A DNA stretch of 64,000 nt from the human T2T-CHM13v2.0 reference genome, Homo sapiens (GCF_009914755.1 NC_060926.1), one strand, 5' to 3'. Numbered from the stretch's first letter, positions 31,142 to 53,055 are shown. The notes: generated from the letters alone by a model not told the origin. Program-made: numbers and translations.

Positions 31142-31645
31142 CTCACCTCATTTCTGACCAAACACAAGCATGTCCCTGCCAAGATGTTTACCAAACTTGG
31201 CTCCAAATGTCTTTTGCAAAAGTCAGATTTCACTTTAAAGGATGAGGAAAGTGGTTCAGGTTCCCAAAGGAGTTCCTAAGGAAGTCGACAGGTCTGGGAG
31301 GTGGCAGCAGCTTGTTGGCCGCTTGTTGGGAAACAGAGCTGGTGCCCTGAGGTAACCCCTCAGGAGTCATTACTTGGCCCAGCCCCATTCTCCTGTGGTG
31401 TGTACGTTCTGGGACATGCCTCATGGATCTCCTTGAACAAAGGGGGCAGCAAGTGGCTGGGGGCCAGTTGCTGAGGCAAAAAGTGGAGGGTAACAAAGAC
31501 AGAAACAGAGGGAGAGATCTCAACAGAGAAGATGAGAAAGGGATTTAAGGGAAACTAGAAGAGAAAAGGGGCAGGAGGCGGTGGCCTCACCTGCTCCAAG
31601 TGCTGTCCCTCCCACCCACCTTCCATCTGCCCTTCCAGGACTCAC

Positions 31646-31847
31646 CGTAGTTCATGGGCATCGGGTGGGTGGGGGGCATGGGCTGTGGGTAGCCAGCAGG
31701 GTGACCGTAGCCAGGCTGCGGGTAGCCAGGGTAGGCAGGATACCCTCCTGGCAGGACAGATGGCTGCCCATAGCCCCCAGGGGGCGGAGGGCCTGGGTAC
31801 AGGGGGTTGCGGTCTTCATATGGTGGTGGGGCGCTGGGGTTGGACAT
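31646..31847 (-). CDS. TMBIM1: TMBIM1 (LFG3/RECS1) first coding exon, MSNPSAPPPYED...PMPMNY
   Basis: GCCATGT start; Pro/Gly/Tyr-rich N-terminus with PSAP and PPPY motifs; exon begins at 31887, GTGAGT donor. Confidence 0.95.
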
Positions 31848-33589
31848 GGCCGCTCACGGGCTGACGGGGAACCCCAGCTGCTGGGACCTGAAATGGGAGA
31901 GGAGAAAAGCAATCGTGAATGCCCAGGCCCAGCTCACTCAGCCTCATGGGCCCACTTCCAGCCTTGTCCAGGCTGCCTCCGTGGAGAGGAACACCACCTA
32001 TTTTCTCCTTAGAGGGCAGCGTGTGATTTGCTGTCCACAGGCCACCTCCCCACCAACTGGGCTCCTGTCCCTCCTGCCTTTGCGCCTGCTTCTTGTCCAC
32101 AGGCCTCTCACTGTGCAGCTCCCCAGCCATAGGAAAGCAGGAGGAAGGATTCGCTGAGGAGAGAGGGAACCAGGGAGCCTGGGAACTCCCTGTTGTGGTT
32201 TAAGAAAACCTTCCAGTTTTGGTGGCTGGATGGCAGAACCAGCGAAGAAGCCAGATGGGCCAGGCACAGCCTCCTGGCGACTCACAGGGCCAGCTGGGAC
32301 CCTCTGAAAGGGTCAGCTCTGCCCCTGCCACAGCTGACGGGGATGCCAGGCCTGGAAGCCAGAGCTGGGTTGGAGCCAAGGCTCAAAGTGGAGAGCCGGG
32401 GGAAGAAGTGGAGGAAAACAAGCTAGCCCCAGTGCCAGAGCTGCCAGGCCCCGAGGAGGAAGGGATCCAGGGACCCGGGGGCCAGTGGCAGGCTGAGTCA
32501 GGAAGCCTGAGAAGCAGGAGTGGGTGGTACAGGGGCTGGGGGCAGGGAGGCTGTGCCAAAGGGCCAGCTTGAGACAGGACTTTCTGGTTCCTTCAAATAA
32601 CAGCGGTGGCGTGTCAGAAAGGCATGCGGCAGCCTGCGACCACAGCTGCTCTCTGGCCTTGCTAGGGAAGAGAGAGTGAGTGCACGGCCCCTCGCCCTCC
32701 CCCTTACCCCCACCCTGGAGGGGGAGACAGATGTTCTGAATCCCAGGCTCTCTGTGAGTTCTACCTGTCTTCCAGGTGCAGTGCTAGCAGGGAGGACAAA
32801 GAGCTGAGGAGTCAGGCCACAAGGTCAAGGGAATGCCTTCCCTGCAGCAGGAAGAGCCCCATAGCCAGGGGAGGGCCAAGAAACCAGGGGGAGGGAACCC
32901 CAAACTGGAGTTGGAAGGGACCTCAGGGCCATAAGCCCCAAATGCTCACTTCAGATGAGAGAATGCAGGCCCTGAACAGGGAAGTGATTCCCCAGAACCC
33001 CAGAACTCGCAGGTCAGTGGCATAACCAGGACGGAGGCCTTCCAGATCCTGGGTCCAGGTCCTTCATGTTATGCGGTGCTCTTATGCCTCCTCTGCCAGT
33101 TACTGTCCTCTGGGCCTGGTGGTCCCCTCTGAGGTAGCAGAGATGCAGGCTTAGGAGGAGCTAAGGAAGCCCCTAGAGGGCCCCTGCATCCCCAGTAAGG
33201 ACAAGCCCTGGCAGTCTGGGCTCGACAGGGCCACCACCTCTTCTAGAGCATCTACAGGGGGCTTTAGGATCCCCAAGGAGGACACCCCCAGATGCAGGTC
33301 AGCAGACACCAGAGGCTCTCAGAGGCTCTGCTGGAAGCAAGAGAGACCAGCATCTCTTTTTAGGGCACATTGCATAGTTCGGGGATCAAATAAAGGACTG
33401 TCTTATCTCTTCTCTTTTATGACAACTGGGATAATTCAGAGAGGGGAAGGTGGCAGGGAGGGTTGAGGAGGGGGAATTGAATAAAAGTCCAGGTCTCTAA
33501 GTGGGTTATTTTGAGGAAAGCTGTTCTTCATCTCCCTAGAGGGGCTGGGATAGAACCAGGGCAAGAATGTCAGGTCAGAAATACAAAGC

Positions 33590-39399
<5,810 letters not shown>

Positions 39400-41849
39400 C
39401 TAACAGGAGGCTTCAGGGCAGAATGGCATGGCTCCCCAAGAACCTACACCAGGGGGTCACTACTGATGTGCAACTGTTTCCAAGGACATCTTCAGAGGCA
39501 GAAGTACATGGCATGTTCTCAGTATGGGGCTGTCCACACCCTCCCAAACTGTCCCCATAATGCTGTCTGGACCCTACGGCCAGCTCTTCCTGGGTGATCA
39601 GTTACGCCCGAGCTAAACAGTATATAACACTCTAGGAAAGAAAGAGTAGGAGGCAGGAAGTCCACTGACCTGGGTTCATGAACTAGCTGCAGGAATCCAG
39701 GCAAATGACCTCCCCTGGCCTCCTTTTATCCCTAAATCAGCCCACGTGGGGGAAAGGAGTAGGGACTTGTTTATGGGAGCCACAGTGGAGAAACAGAATC
39801 ACCTAGCCAGGCATTTCCCAGACTGTTCTAAAGAACACGCCCCAGGAGACGTTAATGAATGAGTGCTGGAAACAGATGACTCTTGAGAAACAATCCACAC
39901 CCCCTTCTTGGAAATTCACAATGGCATATTCTGCCCCTGAGAAGTCCTGCAGTAAGCAACCCTGTTCAGCTTTGTTTAACCCAGTGTTCCTTCAAACTCC
40001 CTTAAGCCTGAGCCACTTTTATCGAGGCAAACCTATTAACACCCTGTGGGATGCTGACCCAGGCCACCTTTGTATTACAGACACCCAACCCTGAGAATCA
40101 TTCATATCCTAACTCCTCGTCTCTTATAACCTCTGTGCGTACACCCAGCTGCCCCTCAGAGCAGTCACATGAAGTACTAGACATGCCCTCTCACTCTCAG
40201 GGGGTCAGCCCAGTGCCAGGATCTCTGGCGAGGGTCCTCCCCTTCCCCCATTCCACACAGCTGCTATCCCACCGTGGGATTTACTGCCAAGGGCCGGGGG
40301 ACATATCCAGCTACCACAGAACCAGGAAACGGGCACCCCTAACCTCACCTCTGTGCAACGGGGCAAAGCACAAATCATTACAGACAAAAGTGGGAGCTCA
40401 TTAATATCTCCCTTCCCACCAATGGAGGTACCTGCCACTGTAGCCTGTCGACTTCTGGATATCATTTCTACTTCAAAACAAGACCCAGGTTTTGGCCTAG
40501 AATCCCAGAATCTTAGGGTTGGAAGATTCTGTCAAGGTCATCCCTTCCACTGTGTCCCCAACAGAATAGGTCCAGAAGGCCCATGTCATGATCAGACATG
40601 TTGTTAGCAGAACTTCTTCCCAGAGAATTGTATGAGCTTCCACTCTCTGGTCGTCCCAGTTCAGCCCTCTGAAAACACACAAGTATGTGTGTTTCCCTTC
40701 TCTGTGGCTTCTGCTTTTTCTGAAAGGCCCAGGGTGAGGCCTGCGGTTGGAGGTGCTCTGAGGTAGACAGCGTCTGGCTGAGGCACCCATTCCCAGGGGA
40801 GGAGGCTGAGCCCAGGTGGCTATTACCCCAGCTCATGACATGAGGCTCTCCCAACACTTACAGGATAACCCATCATTACCTCTCTGATGTGCTCATTTTT
40901 ACAAGTGAGGCCTTGAGGTCATAGCACAGAAAGACAGGGCCCCTGACACTGTGGTCCTGCCTCTTCCATTTAAGCTATAAACTGGTTCTCTGGATCCTCA
41001 TGACTGGAGAGACAGAGAGAGGAGGCAGGTGAGAAGGAAGTATGGCTCCCCCTTTGCGCCAATAAAGCAGCCCCAGGAGGCACCTGGCTCCCCTGCCACC
41101 ACTGGCCAGCCCAAAGTCGCCAGCTTGGAAACCAAAGCTCACTAATGAGATGAATATTTCAGAGCCCAGAGAACTGGACACCTGAGGGCCCTTCCATGAC
41201 ATCTGGCTCTGACCTGCGTTCCCAGGCCTACTTATCCCATGTCCAGGGTGCTCAGGTAGAACCCCAAACTCCTGGGTACCACGTAGAGGCCACAGAGGAG
41301 GGAGAGGAGATGGAGACCCCATAGGACAAGAATTGGTGCCGACCCCACAAGGCCAGGGCCTGGCCTCCCAGCAGCCTCCCTCTGCTTCCTCCCACTGGTC
41401 CCTGGCTCCTGCCCCAGTCTCTCCACTTGCTTTCCCTTTTCCCGTTTCTCTGTTTTGTTTTCACTCTAACCCAAAGAAGTCACGAGGAGGATGTTACTCC
41501 CCTGTAGTTCTGTGAACCCAGCCGGGAAACAGTGGCTGGAAGTGGGACTGGCAGAGGGCAAAGTCATGGTGATAGAGGTGGCCACTTCCCCATGCCAAAC
41601 ACTTGAGCTGCTCATTGGCTTCTGCCCCAGCTGCAAGCTAGGACCCCCCCTTCCCCACCCCTTAAATATTCACCTGTCTACACCGAGACTGGCCTCAGCG
41701 CGTGTGGGGGCAACCTGGGGTCCGTGCCAGGCCCTGGCTGTCTCCCCTCCCTCTTCCCTCTTCTCACCAGCTGAGGGCCATGAAAGCCCTCATCCCACAC
41801 AGCTGGCCACTCGGGCTGGCATGGTGGATAGGCCCTGCGACAGAGAGGC

Positions 41850-42370
41850 CACTCGTGCCCGAAAGAGGGAACACGAGGACACCCCCAGACCCTGGCTCCG
41901 CTCACCAGTGCCCACAACACGCTGCTGGGCTCCCAAGGCTAACCAGGTGCCACAGACCCAGCCGCCCACCCGCGCGCCCAGGGAGAGCGAAACGCCAAGG
42001 GCCAGGAGGGGAGATCCCCATCTGGAACGGGCTCCTTGGGCCCAGGAGCGGGCAAGCCGGGAGCGCGCTCCGAAAAGTTTAGGCGCCCCGGCGCATGGCC
42101 GCCCCAGCCCTGGACCAGTCCCCACCGCCCACAGTCCCCAACGGCGCCGGCCCCGGCCCCCTGGCTTGCCTGCGCCGTTCCAGACGGAGCGTTCCTGGCC
42201 TCGGAGTGTTGCAAGTCCTCCGGGGCCGGGCAGGGCTAGGCTCGGCTGGGGCTCCGCGCCCCGCCCCGTCGCGCCGGCCTCGTGGGGCGGGGCCTCAGGG
42301 CGCCGCCAGGGGGCGCAGGGGTCTGTCCCGGGCGCGCGCGCCTCTCAGAGCCCCGACGACGCCTCACTAA
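41850..42370 (-). promoter_or_regulatory. TMBIM1: TMBIM1 CpG-island promoter and non-coding exon 1 (~42290-42170)
   Basis: CpG-rich, GC boxes GGGGCGGGG at ~42258 and ~42284, donor CAG|GCAAGC at 42170/42169. Confidence 0.8.
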
Positions 42371-43985
42371 TAACACAGGGGTATTTTCGGATTTAAAGGC
42401 AATACATGATACTGATAGGAAGCTAGAAAAGACACAGAAATGCAGGGAAGAAAGTAATTTCTCTCCACCCCTCCTAGTTCCCAGGGGGAAGCGTTCGCTT
42501 TGGGTCCTTCTTTGGCTATTACATTTCTGTATGTATTTTGTTTTTCTACAGTGGGGTATATTGTATGGTGTTTTGTTTACTGCCCTTCTTTTTACTGTTT
42601 TATGATGAACATTTTTCTTCTCACTAAATAGTCTTCAAAAGCACAATCTTAATGCCGTGAAGTATTCCATTGCATGGCTATGCGGATTAAATTAATTTCC
42701 TACTGGAGGCCGTTTGTTTCCCATTTTTACATTACAAATAAATCAGTAATTAAAATCCTTGATAATTCTGTGTTTTTGAGATAAATGCACTTTTCGAGTT
42801 TAAAACTGCAAACATGCAAACCTAGAATCTCTGTTTATAATTACTCAACCAGGAAAGCAGGTGCTTTCCTCAAGTCAGAATTCAGAAGTCCTACATTGAG
42901 ATGTAGATTACTACTGTTAGGTAGGTCTTAACCCTCATCTCAGTGAAGAATGCAGTAGCAAAGGAGGAAACAGTTTTGAGGAAGTTCTGAAATATTACTG
43001 GAGCCTGGGCATGGTGACTCACACCTGCGATCCTAGCACTTTTGGGAGGCCAAGGCCAGAGGATGGCTTGAGCCCAGGAGTTGGAGACCCAGCCTAGGCA
43101 ACATAGAGAGACCTTGTCTCAATTTAAAAAGAGAAACATTACCGAGCCTTGCCTGAGTTTCTGTGGTTCCAAAGTCCAAGTTCTTTCCATGACACCAAGG
43201 CTGCCAGTAGTTGACCAACTCTGTTTAAAGTGCTTATCTCATGTTAATAGCTATAGGTCAGCACCACACCACCACTGAATGTCCTTTTTTTTTTTTTTTT
43301 TTTTTTTCCAGACAGGGTCTCGCTCTGTCACCCAGGCTGGAGTGCAGTGGCGCCATCTCGGCTCACTGCATCCTCCTCCTGGTTTCAAGTGATTCTCCGG
43401 CCTCAGCCTCCTGAGTAGCTGGGATTACAAGTGTGTGCCACTACACCCAGCTAATTTTGTTTGTTTGCTTGTTTGTTTTGTTTGGTTTGTTTGTTTTGTA
43501 GAGATGGGTTTTCACGTTGTTGCATAGGCTGGTCTCAAACCCCTGAGCTCAAAGCAGTCAGCCCACTTTGGCCTCCCAAAGTGCTAGGATTACAGACATG
43601 AGCCACCACGTCCAGCCCCAAAACAGAGATTTAAAAAAAAAAAAAAAAAAAAAAGACAGATTTTTAAAAACTGCCCCCCATACACACACTATGTATGTTT
43701 ATTTCTGTAAATATAGTTTAAGTAGGAGTTACTTAGGGGGACTAGTGGCCGTTATGGTGGGCTAGCTCCCCAGACACCCCAACCCTTCAGTGTACTTCCA
43801 GTTCCTACAGGCCAAGAACCTCATTTTAGGAAGTCCCCGCCCAAGGTGTGATCTCACCAGAGCAAGTACAGTTCTGCTCAGTGTCTGTCTCCCCCTTGCT
43901 CAAGGAGTAGCGCCCTAGGTGAAATGCATGGCCCATGGAATCTGTCCAGATCCCCGACATTTTTTCATGCTCTCTACACTTGTGC

Positions 43986-44638
43986 TGTCTTAGTCCATCT
44001 GGGCTGCTACAACAAAAATACCTTAGAGTGGGTAATTTAGAAACAGCAGAAATGTATTGCTCACAGTTCTGGAGGGTGGGAAATGCAACATCAAGGCACC
44101 AGCAGGTTAGGTGTCTGATGAAGGCTCCCTCTGCTTCACAGATATCGTCTGAGTCCTCATATGGCCAAGGAAGGAACAAACAGACACCGCCCCCCCACCA
44201 GCCTTCCTTTTTTTTGAGACGGAATCTCACTCTGTGCAATGGCACAATTGCAGCTCACTGCAGCCTTGACCTCCCATGTACAAGCAATCCTTCCAACTCA
44301 GCCTCCTGAGTAGCTGGGACTACACACATGCACCACCACACCTGGCTAATTTTTGTATTTTTTGTAGAGACAGGGTCTCACTATGTTGCCCACGCTGGTC
44401 TTGAACTCCTGGGCTCAAGCAATTTGCCCTCCTCCACCTCCCAAAGTGCTGGGATTATAGGCGTGAGCCACTGCACCTGGCCACCAGCTTCTTTTCTAAG
44501 AGCATGAATTCCATTCCAGAGGGTTCCGCCTTCATGACCTAATCACTTCCTAAAGGCCTCACCTTTTAATACTATAACATTGAGGATTAAGTTTCAACAA
44601 ATGAATGGAGTGGGGACAACAACATTCCCACCATAGCA
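43986..44638. mobile_element. MaLR LTR (MLT1A-like) interrupted by an Alu (~44207-44482)
   Basis: TGTCTTAGTCC...GCTCACAGTTCTGGAGG...CCATAGCA termini and internal text. Confidence 0.75.
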
Positions 44639-47184
44639 GGCCCCTTCTCCAGAAAACACCCTCCACTTTCTAGAACCACCAGGATGGTTAATATCCAAGG
44701 AGATTCCATTTCCAACCAGCAATCACCAGCGACTCACATCTGCCCGACTGGGGGAGTGGGACATGGGGCACACGAGGCAAGCCCACACAAGCCTTGCTGC
44801 GTGCTTTTTCTCCAGAGCCCTTTTTCTGACTATAGGGTCAAAAATAACACCTGAAGCGCCTGGCCCAGAGCAGCAGTGCTTCGCTGGCAATAGGCATTCG
44901 ATAAATGATGTTTTTTTCTCTTGGGCCTTATCTGCAAAATTATTAAGTAAGCTTTTATTGTCTGCCAACCAGACAGGAATTTCCGGTTCTAGAAATGAGA
45001 AGGCTGAAAGAACACAGCCCCTGCTCTCAAGAAACTCACAGTCTAAGGGAGCCAGTAAAATGACAGATTATTACAATGTTGACAGTTTGACAAGTGCTGG
45101 CAGATAAAGAAATATTCACTTGGTTCCTCCAGATCCCAGAGAAAGCTCCTAACCCAGTGTGGGGAATGGGGTGGGGGTTCGGGAAAGGAGTTCAGAGGAG
45201 GTGACACCTGAGTAGAGTGTTAGGAGGTGTTAGGAACCAGCCTATTCGGAGGAGGGGAGAAGGTTCTCCAGGCAGAGGGCAAGGGACTTAGGGCCAGTTG
45301 CCCCAGCAAGCTAGGATGGGGGGTGGAGGGTGCAGTGGGGTAGAAGGGGTAGGAAATAGGGCTGGCCAAGGAGGCAGGGGGCCAGAAATTGAGATTTTAC
45401 CCTGAAAGCAATGGGGAGCCAGAAAATAACCACCTAGAGGGAGTTTGGGAGGGTTGGGGAGGCTCTGGTGGTGCCCCTGGGGTAGGGTTCCAGCTTTAGC
45501 AAATAAAGATGCAAGGCAACCAGTTTGAGCTTCAGATAAACAACAAACCTTTTTTTTTTTTTTTTTCAAGACAAGGTCTGGCTCTGCACTCCCAGGCTGG
45601 AGTACAGTAGTGCGATCTTGGCTCGCGGCAACCTCCACCTCCCAGGCTCAAGCCATCCTCCCACCTCAGCCTCTCAAGTAGCTGGGACTACAGACATGAG
45701 CACCACCACGCCCGGCTAATTTTTGTATTTTCTGTGGAGACAGGGTTTTGCCATGTTGCCCAGGCTGGTCTTGAACTCATGAGCTCAAGCAATCCATCCG
45801 CCTCACCCTCCCAAAGTGCTGGGACTACAGGCATGAGCCGCTGCGACCGGCCAAACAATATTTTTTCATATAAGCATATCCCACTGCCCCATATAATATT
45901 TGGAAATACTTGTACTAAAAAAAAGTACTCATTGCTTATCTGAAATTCACATTTAACTGGTTGGTTGTATTTTTCCAGCAACACTACCTAGGAGGAAAGT
46001 GGAGTCAAGTCCATGGCTGCAGGAAGAGGGGTGGAGGAGTGAAAGGGATTAGACTGATGTTTATTTTAGGACTGGATGTTATTTTAGGTATTTTAGGACT
46101 AGCTAAAGCTTAGTGATTGGTGGGAGGGGGTGGTGGCAGCCTGGAAGGGGTGGGCCCAGGTGGAACCTGAAGGACATGGGCAGGAAAAACTTAATTGGAG
46201 CGGTGGATCCAGAGAACTTTCTTTGTTGCCACCCTCCAGCCCAGCCCCAGGACTCCACTAATTGGTCCTCCAAACCCTTCTCATAGCTGCCTGGTTACCT
46301 AGCATTTAATGTGTTACTCTACCCATGCATTGATCACTAACTTTCTGAAAGAAGTTGCCTTTTTTCTGTTTTTCTTTTTCTTTCTTTCTTTCTTTCTTTT
46401 TGAGATGGAGTCTCACTCTGTCACCACGGCTGGGGTGCAGTAGCATGATCTCGGCTCCCTGCAACCTCCGCCTCCTGGGTTCAAGCGATTCTCCTGCTTG
46501 GCCTCCTGAGTAGCTGAGATTACAGGCGCCCACCACAATGCCCAGCTAATTTTTGTATTTTTAGTAGAAACAGGGTTTTGCCACGTTGGCCAGGCTGGTC
46601 TTGAACTCCTGGCCTCAGGTCATCCACCTGCCTTGGCCTCCCAAAGTGCTGGGATTACAGGCAAGAGCTACCGCGCCGCCCGAAGTTGCTTGTTTTCAGA
46701 GGACGTATTTACTGAATTGAGGCATTGAACCCAGCCTGAGGTGAAAGTGCCTGTTTCTCCCCACTGGAGGGCAGAGACAATGTCTCATTCACCCCTAGGC
46801 CTGGGCACGGCCCTGACCCAGCATCTGTTGAATTGAATGCCAATGTTCCAAAGTGGGATGGAGGGAGCCTCTCAGGCTTGAATGATAGATGTGTGGGGGA
46901 TAGATAAGGTAGGGGTGGGGTATGGGGGCTCCTCCCCCTTAAAATTGGCCTTATTATTCATAAACATTATTTAACACTTTCCTAAGGAAATAGAGAGTGG
47001 AAAGAATGGTGGATTTGGATGTCTCAGAAGTGAAGTTTTGTTCCAGCTTTGGCACTAAAGGACTGTGAGGCCGGGGGCCCATCTCTCTACTTAGAAATCA
47101 CACTGTGGCTGGTCACAGTGGTTCATGCCTGTAATCCCAGCACTGTGGGAGGTCAGGGGGTGGATCACCTGAGGTCAGGAGTTA

Positions 47185-47439
<255 letters not shown>

Positions 47440-47517
47440 TCACGCTTGTAATCCCAGCACTTTGAGAGGCCGAGGCGGGCAGATCACAAGGTCAGGAGAT
47501 CGAGACCATCCTGGCTA

Positions 47518-47730
<213 letters not shown>

Positions 47731-48974
47731 TCATACTGCATTTCTCTACCTCCTGTGACTTCTGGCGCCTTCCTCAGTTGAGGTCATCTAGGTGAAAGGC
47801 AGTGAGAAAGGCACATGGCGGATGTTGATGGTGACTGAAACTGCTGTAACTGGAAGTGGGTGGCACCATGAGGAAGCCAGGCCACGGAACCAGCCTGGCA
47901 TCCACCATGCTGCAGGCAGGGCCAGCGAAATGCTTTCCATTCTTCCCTGACCCTCAGAGTCACCTGAGCTGCTTGTGAAAACATGCACGTTCCCTTGGGG
48001 ATACTTCTTTCCAGACCTGTGAATCAGAATCTTCAGTGGAAGCATAAACAAACGCTCCCCAGGTGAATCGCCAGCCACACCAGCAAGCTTTGGTGATAGA
48101 CAGTCCTGGGTTTGAATCCAAGTTCAAATGTCTTTGGTGGCTTTGTGACCTTAGGCATATTACTTAACTGCTGTGAGCCTTGGCACCTTATCTATAAAAA
48201 GGGTGGTAATAATATAGGGTAGTTGTAAGAATGAAAAATAGCAGTTGTCAAATGCTTGGGGCAGAGTTAAAATGTTCATTGTTATTGTTGTTTGTGAGAT
48301 AGAAGCCCAGTGATTCTCCCAGTGATGAACACAACCTCCTTTCACACTAAGCAGGGCCTGGAGGGATGAACTTGCCCGAGCTGGGAGCTCAGCAGGGCCA
48401 GGCTCCAGCTGTGCCCTTACACCCTGCCCTCTCGCCATGGACCTCTGCCACCTCTGCCAGCCAGAATACCGGGGGATTCTCAGCTTTCAAGCCCCTCTCC
48501 TCGTCCATCTTGGGCTTCATTCTCCCACTCTCTTGCCCCCCACCTAGGAAGCTCCTCCTCATAGATACTTGCTTTTGTCTAAACAACTCTACTCCCCAAG
48601 AAAAGCCAACAGCGATTTCCTCTTATTCCCAACCCACGATATTAGCTGCCTGAGAACCTCTCCTTACCAATAACTGCACCCCCTCCATAATCTCAATTTC
48701 AGGCACCCCACACTCTGACCACCATCTATTTTTCCAGCTCTGTGACCGTGATTTGACAATTCTGTGACCATATCAGGATCAACAATCTATTCATCTTACC
48801 ACCTGTTCCTTTATTTTATTTATTTATTTTATTTTATTTTATTTATTTATTTTGAGACTGAGTTTCGCTTTTGTCACCCAGCCTAGAGTGCAATGGCAGT
48901 GCAATGGCGCGATCTTGGCTCACTGCAACCTCCGCGTCCGAGGTTTAAACGATTCTCCTGCCTCAGTCTCCTGA

Positions 48975-49505
<531 letters not shown>

Positions 49506-50220
49506 TAGTAGAGATGGGGTTTCTCCATGTTGGTCAGGCTGGTCTCGAACTCCTGACCTCAGGTGATCCGCCCGCCTCAGCCTCCCAAAGTGCTGGGATT
49601 ACAGGCGTGAGCCACCGCGCCCGGCTAATTTTTGTAATTTTTTGTAAAGATGGGGTCTCCATATGTTGCCTAGGCTGGTCTCAAACTCCTGGGCTCAAGT
49701 GATCCACCTACCTCAGCCTCCCAATGTGCTGGGATTACTGGAGTGAGCCACCGCGCCTGACCACCACCTCTTTCTTATCTCTCACATCCTCACTTTCCTC
49801 CTTGACCAGCTTGGATTCCAATATTATAATTACTCCTTTGCATGCAGCCTCAACTCTACCTTATGGTTCTCAGCAGCAAAATCTCAACTCTGCACCCACA
49901 TAGCCAAAAGTGAGGGTAAAAACATGCAACGGTCCTGACTGATCTCGCTTTAAGTTCATGCACACTAACTTGTCCATTCATACTAACACACCCATCCTAG
50001 GCAATTACTCCACACTTTCTACAGTCCCTTCTGAACTCCCACACCTCCTCTGCAGCCTCACTCTCAGCCTCGACTTTGCTTCCTATGTCTCTGAGCAAGC
50101 AATCAGAGAATTGCTGCCTATATCACCACTTGGATGTCTAATAGGTGACTGCTTCTCAAACTTTAATGTGCAAATAGATCGCTTGGGGTTCATGTTAAAA
50201 TGCAGATTCTGCTTCAGTAG

Positions 50221-50552
<332 letters not shown>

Positions 50553-50554
50553 TA

Positions 50555-50970
50555 GGTGAATTTTTAATGGGATTTTTAAATACTAAGTCTTCAAAATCTG
50601 GTATGTATTTGACACAGCATATCTCAATTAGGATGTTACTTTTTCATCAGAAATATAGGATCTGTATTTAGATCAAATCTGAAAAGTGTTTGTAAAATGT
50701 ACATACTTGAGTGTTTTCCAATAACTGAAATAAGCATCAAGGTTTATTTTATTATTGTTTTATTTTTAGAGTAAAATGAAAGCAAGTTTATTAAGAAAGT
50801 AGAGGAATAAAGAATGGCTACTCCATAGACAGAGCAGCCAATGTTTAGATTTAAGTTTAAATGAATTAAAATTACATAAAATTAAAAATTCAGTTTTATA
50901 GTTGCACTAACCACATTTTATGTGCTCAGTGGCAAGTGGCTAGTGGCTACCATATGAAACAGCACAGATC
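50555..50970. mobile_element. hAT-Charlie (MER33/Charlie1-like) DNA element fragment
   Basis: Ends in ...GTGGCTAGTGGCTACCATAT...ACAGCACAG, typical of MER3/MER33. Confidence 0.65.
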
Positions 50971-51156
50971 TATAGCGCTGGTCATTGACTTAAGGGGGAA
51001 TTCTGGGGGTCAGGGTCTAGATCGTAATTCATCTTGGCCAGATGCCTAGCCCAGGGCCTGCACTCAGTACTTTCTGCTGCGTTCCATTTACTTTTAACAA
51101 GTCAAAAACTGACATCTAGGAAGCGGTTGGAACAAGCCACAATCAGTTCCCAGACA

Positions 51157-51175
51157 TGACCACTAGGGGGCAGAG
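51157..51175 (+). promoter_or_regulatory. CTCF motif
   Basis: TGACCACTAGGGGGCAGAG is near-consensus; upstream module-like CAGTTCC at 51144-51150. Confidence 0.65.
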
Positions 51176-51837
51176 TCTGACTAGCACTGTTTGGCTAGAA
51201 AAAGGGAGCCTTGGCCGACGCAATGGCTCACACCTGTAATTCTGCATTTTAGCCAGGCCCAGGCAGAAGGATCGCTTGAGCCCAGGAGTTCGAAACCAGC
51301 CTGTGCAACATAGTGAGACCCATCTCTTTAAAAAAATTAAAACATTAGCTGGGCATGGTTGTGCGTGCCTGTAGTCCCAGCTACTTGGAAGGATGAGGTG
51401 GGAGGTTGGCTTGACCCCAGGAGGGTCAGGGCTGCAGTGAGCTGTGATTATGCCACTCCAGCCTGGGCAACAGCCTGAGCTACCATCTGTCTCAAACAAA
51501 CAAACAAAAACGGGAGAAAAGAAAGGGGCCAGGACTCAACCCCAATACCATTAAGATTTATTTAACAAGCATTTATGAGGGGCCAACTGTGTGCCAGACC
51601 TGTGGGGATACAGAAGTAAATAAAATACAGCCCCCGCTTTCTTGGAGTTTACAGTCCAGTAGGGAAGGCAGGACAGATATTAGCAACTCATCTCATAAGC
51701 AAAGGTATCTTTACAAACTGTAATACATGCACTTAAGGAAAGCTGACTCAGTGCCCTAAAAGAGTGGCACCCAAGGCAGGGAGCTGTGGCTCACGCCTGT
51801 AATCCCAGCACTTTGGGAGGCCGAGGCAGGCAGATCA

Positions 51838-52188
<351 letters not shown>

Positions 52189-52383
52189 TCAAGCTATGTG
52201 AAGGTGTGGAGACACCCCTGAAGCTGAAAGAGCTTGGCATGTTCCAGAAACTTCCAGGAGAGTGGTGTGGCTGGAGAGTGGTGGGCACTGGGGCATGGCC
52301 CAAGAGGAGACTGGGGAGGTGGCAGGGGCCAGGTCTACAGAGTCTCAGGGCCTCTTTAAGGACTTCAAATTTCAGCCTAAAGA

Positions 52384-53055
<672 letters not shown>

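Noticed and set aside
41491-42396. 301-aa ORF on +
   Set aside because: Lies across the TMBIM1 CpG island; Pro/Arg/Ala low-complexity product with no recognisable domain. Expected from stop depletion in GC-rich DNA.
46052-46100. Short tandem duplications (TATTTTAGG x3; also TGAATGCC x3 at ~30397 and TTAACTACCAGGAAATTAA x2 at ~62743/62788)
   Set aside because: Ordinary slippage duplications with no repeat-spacer structure; not CRISPR-like
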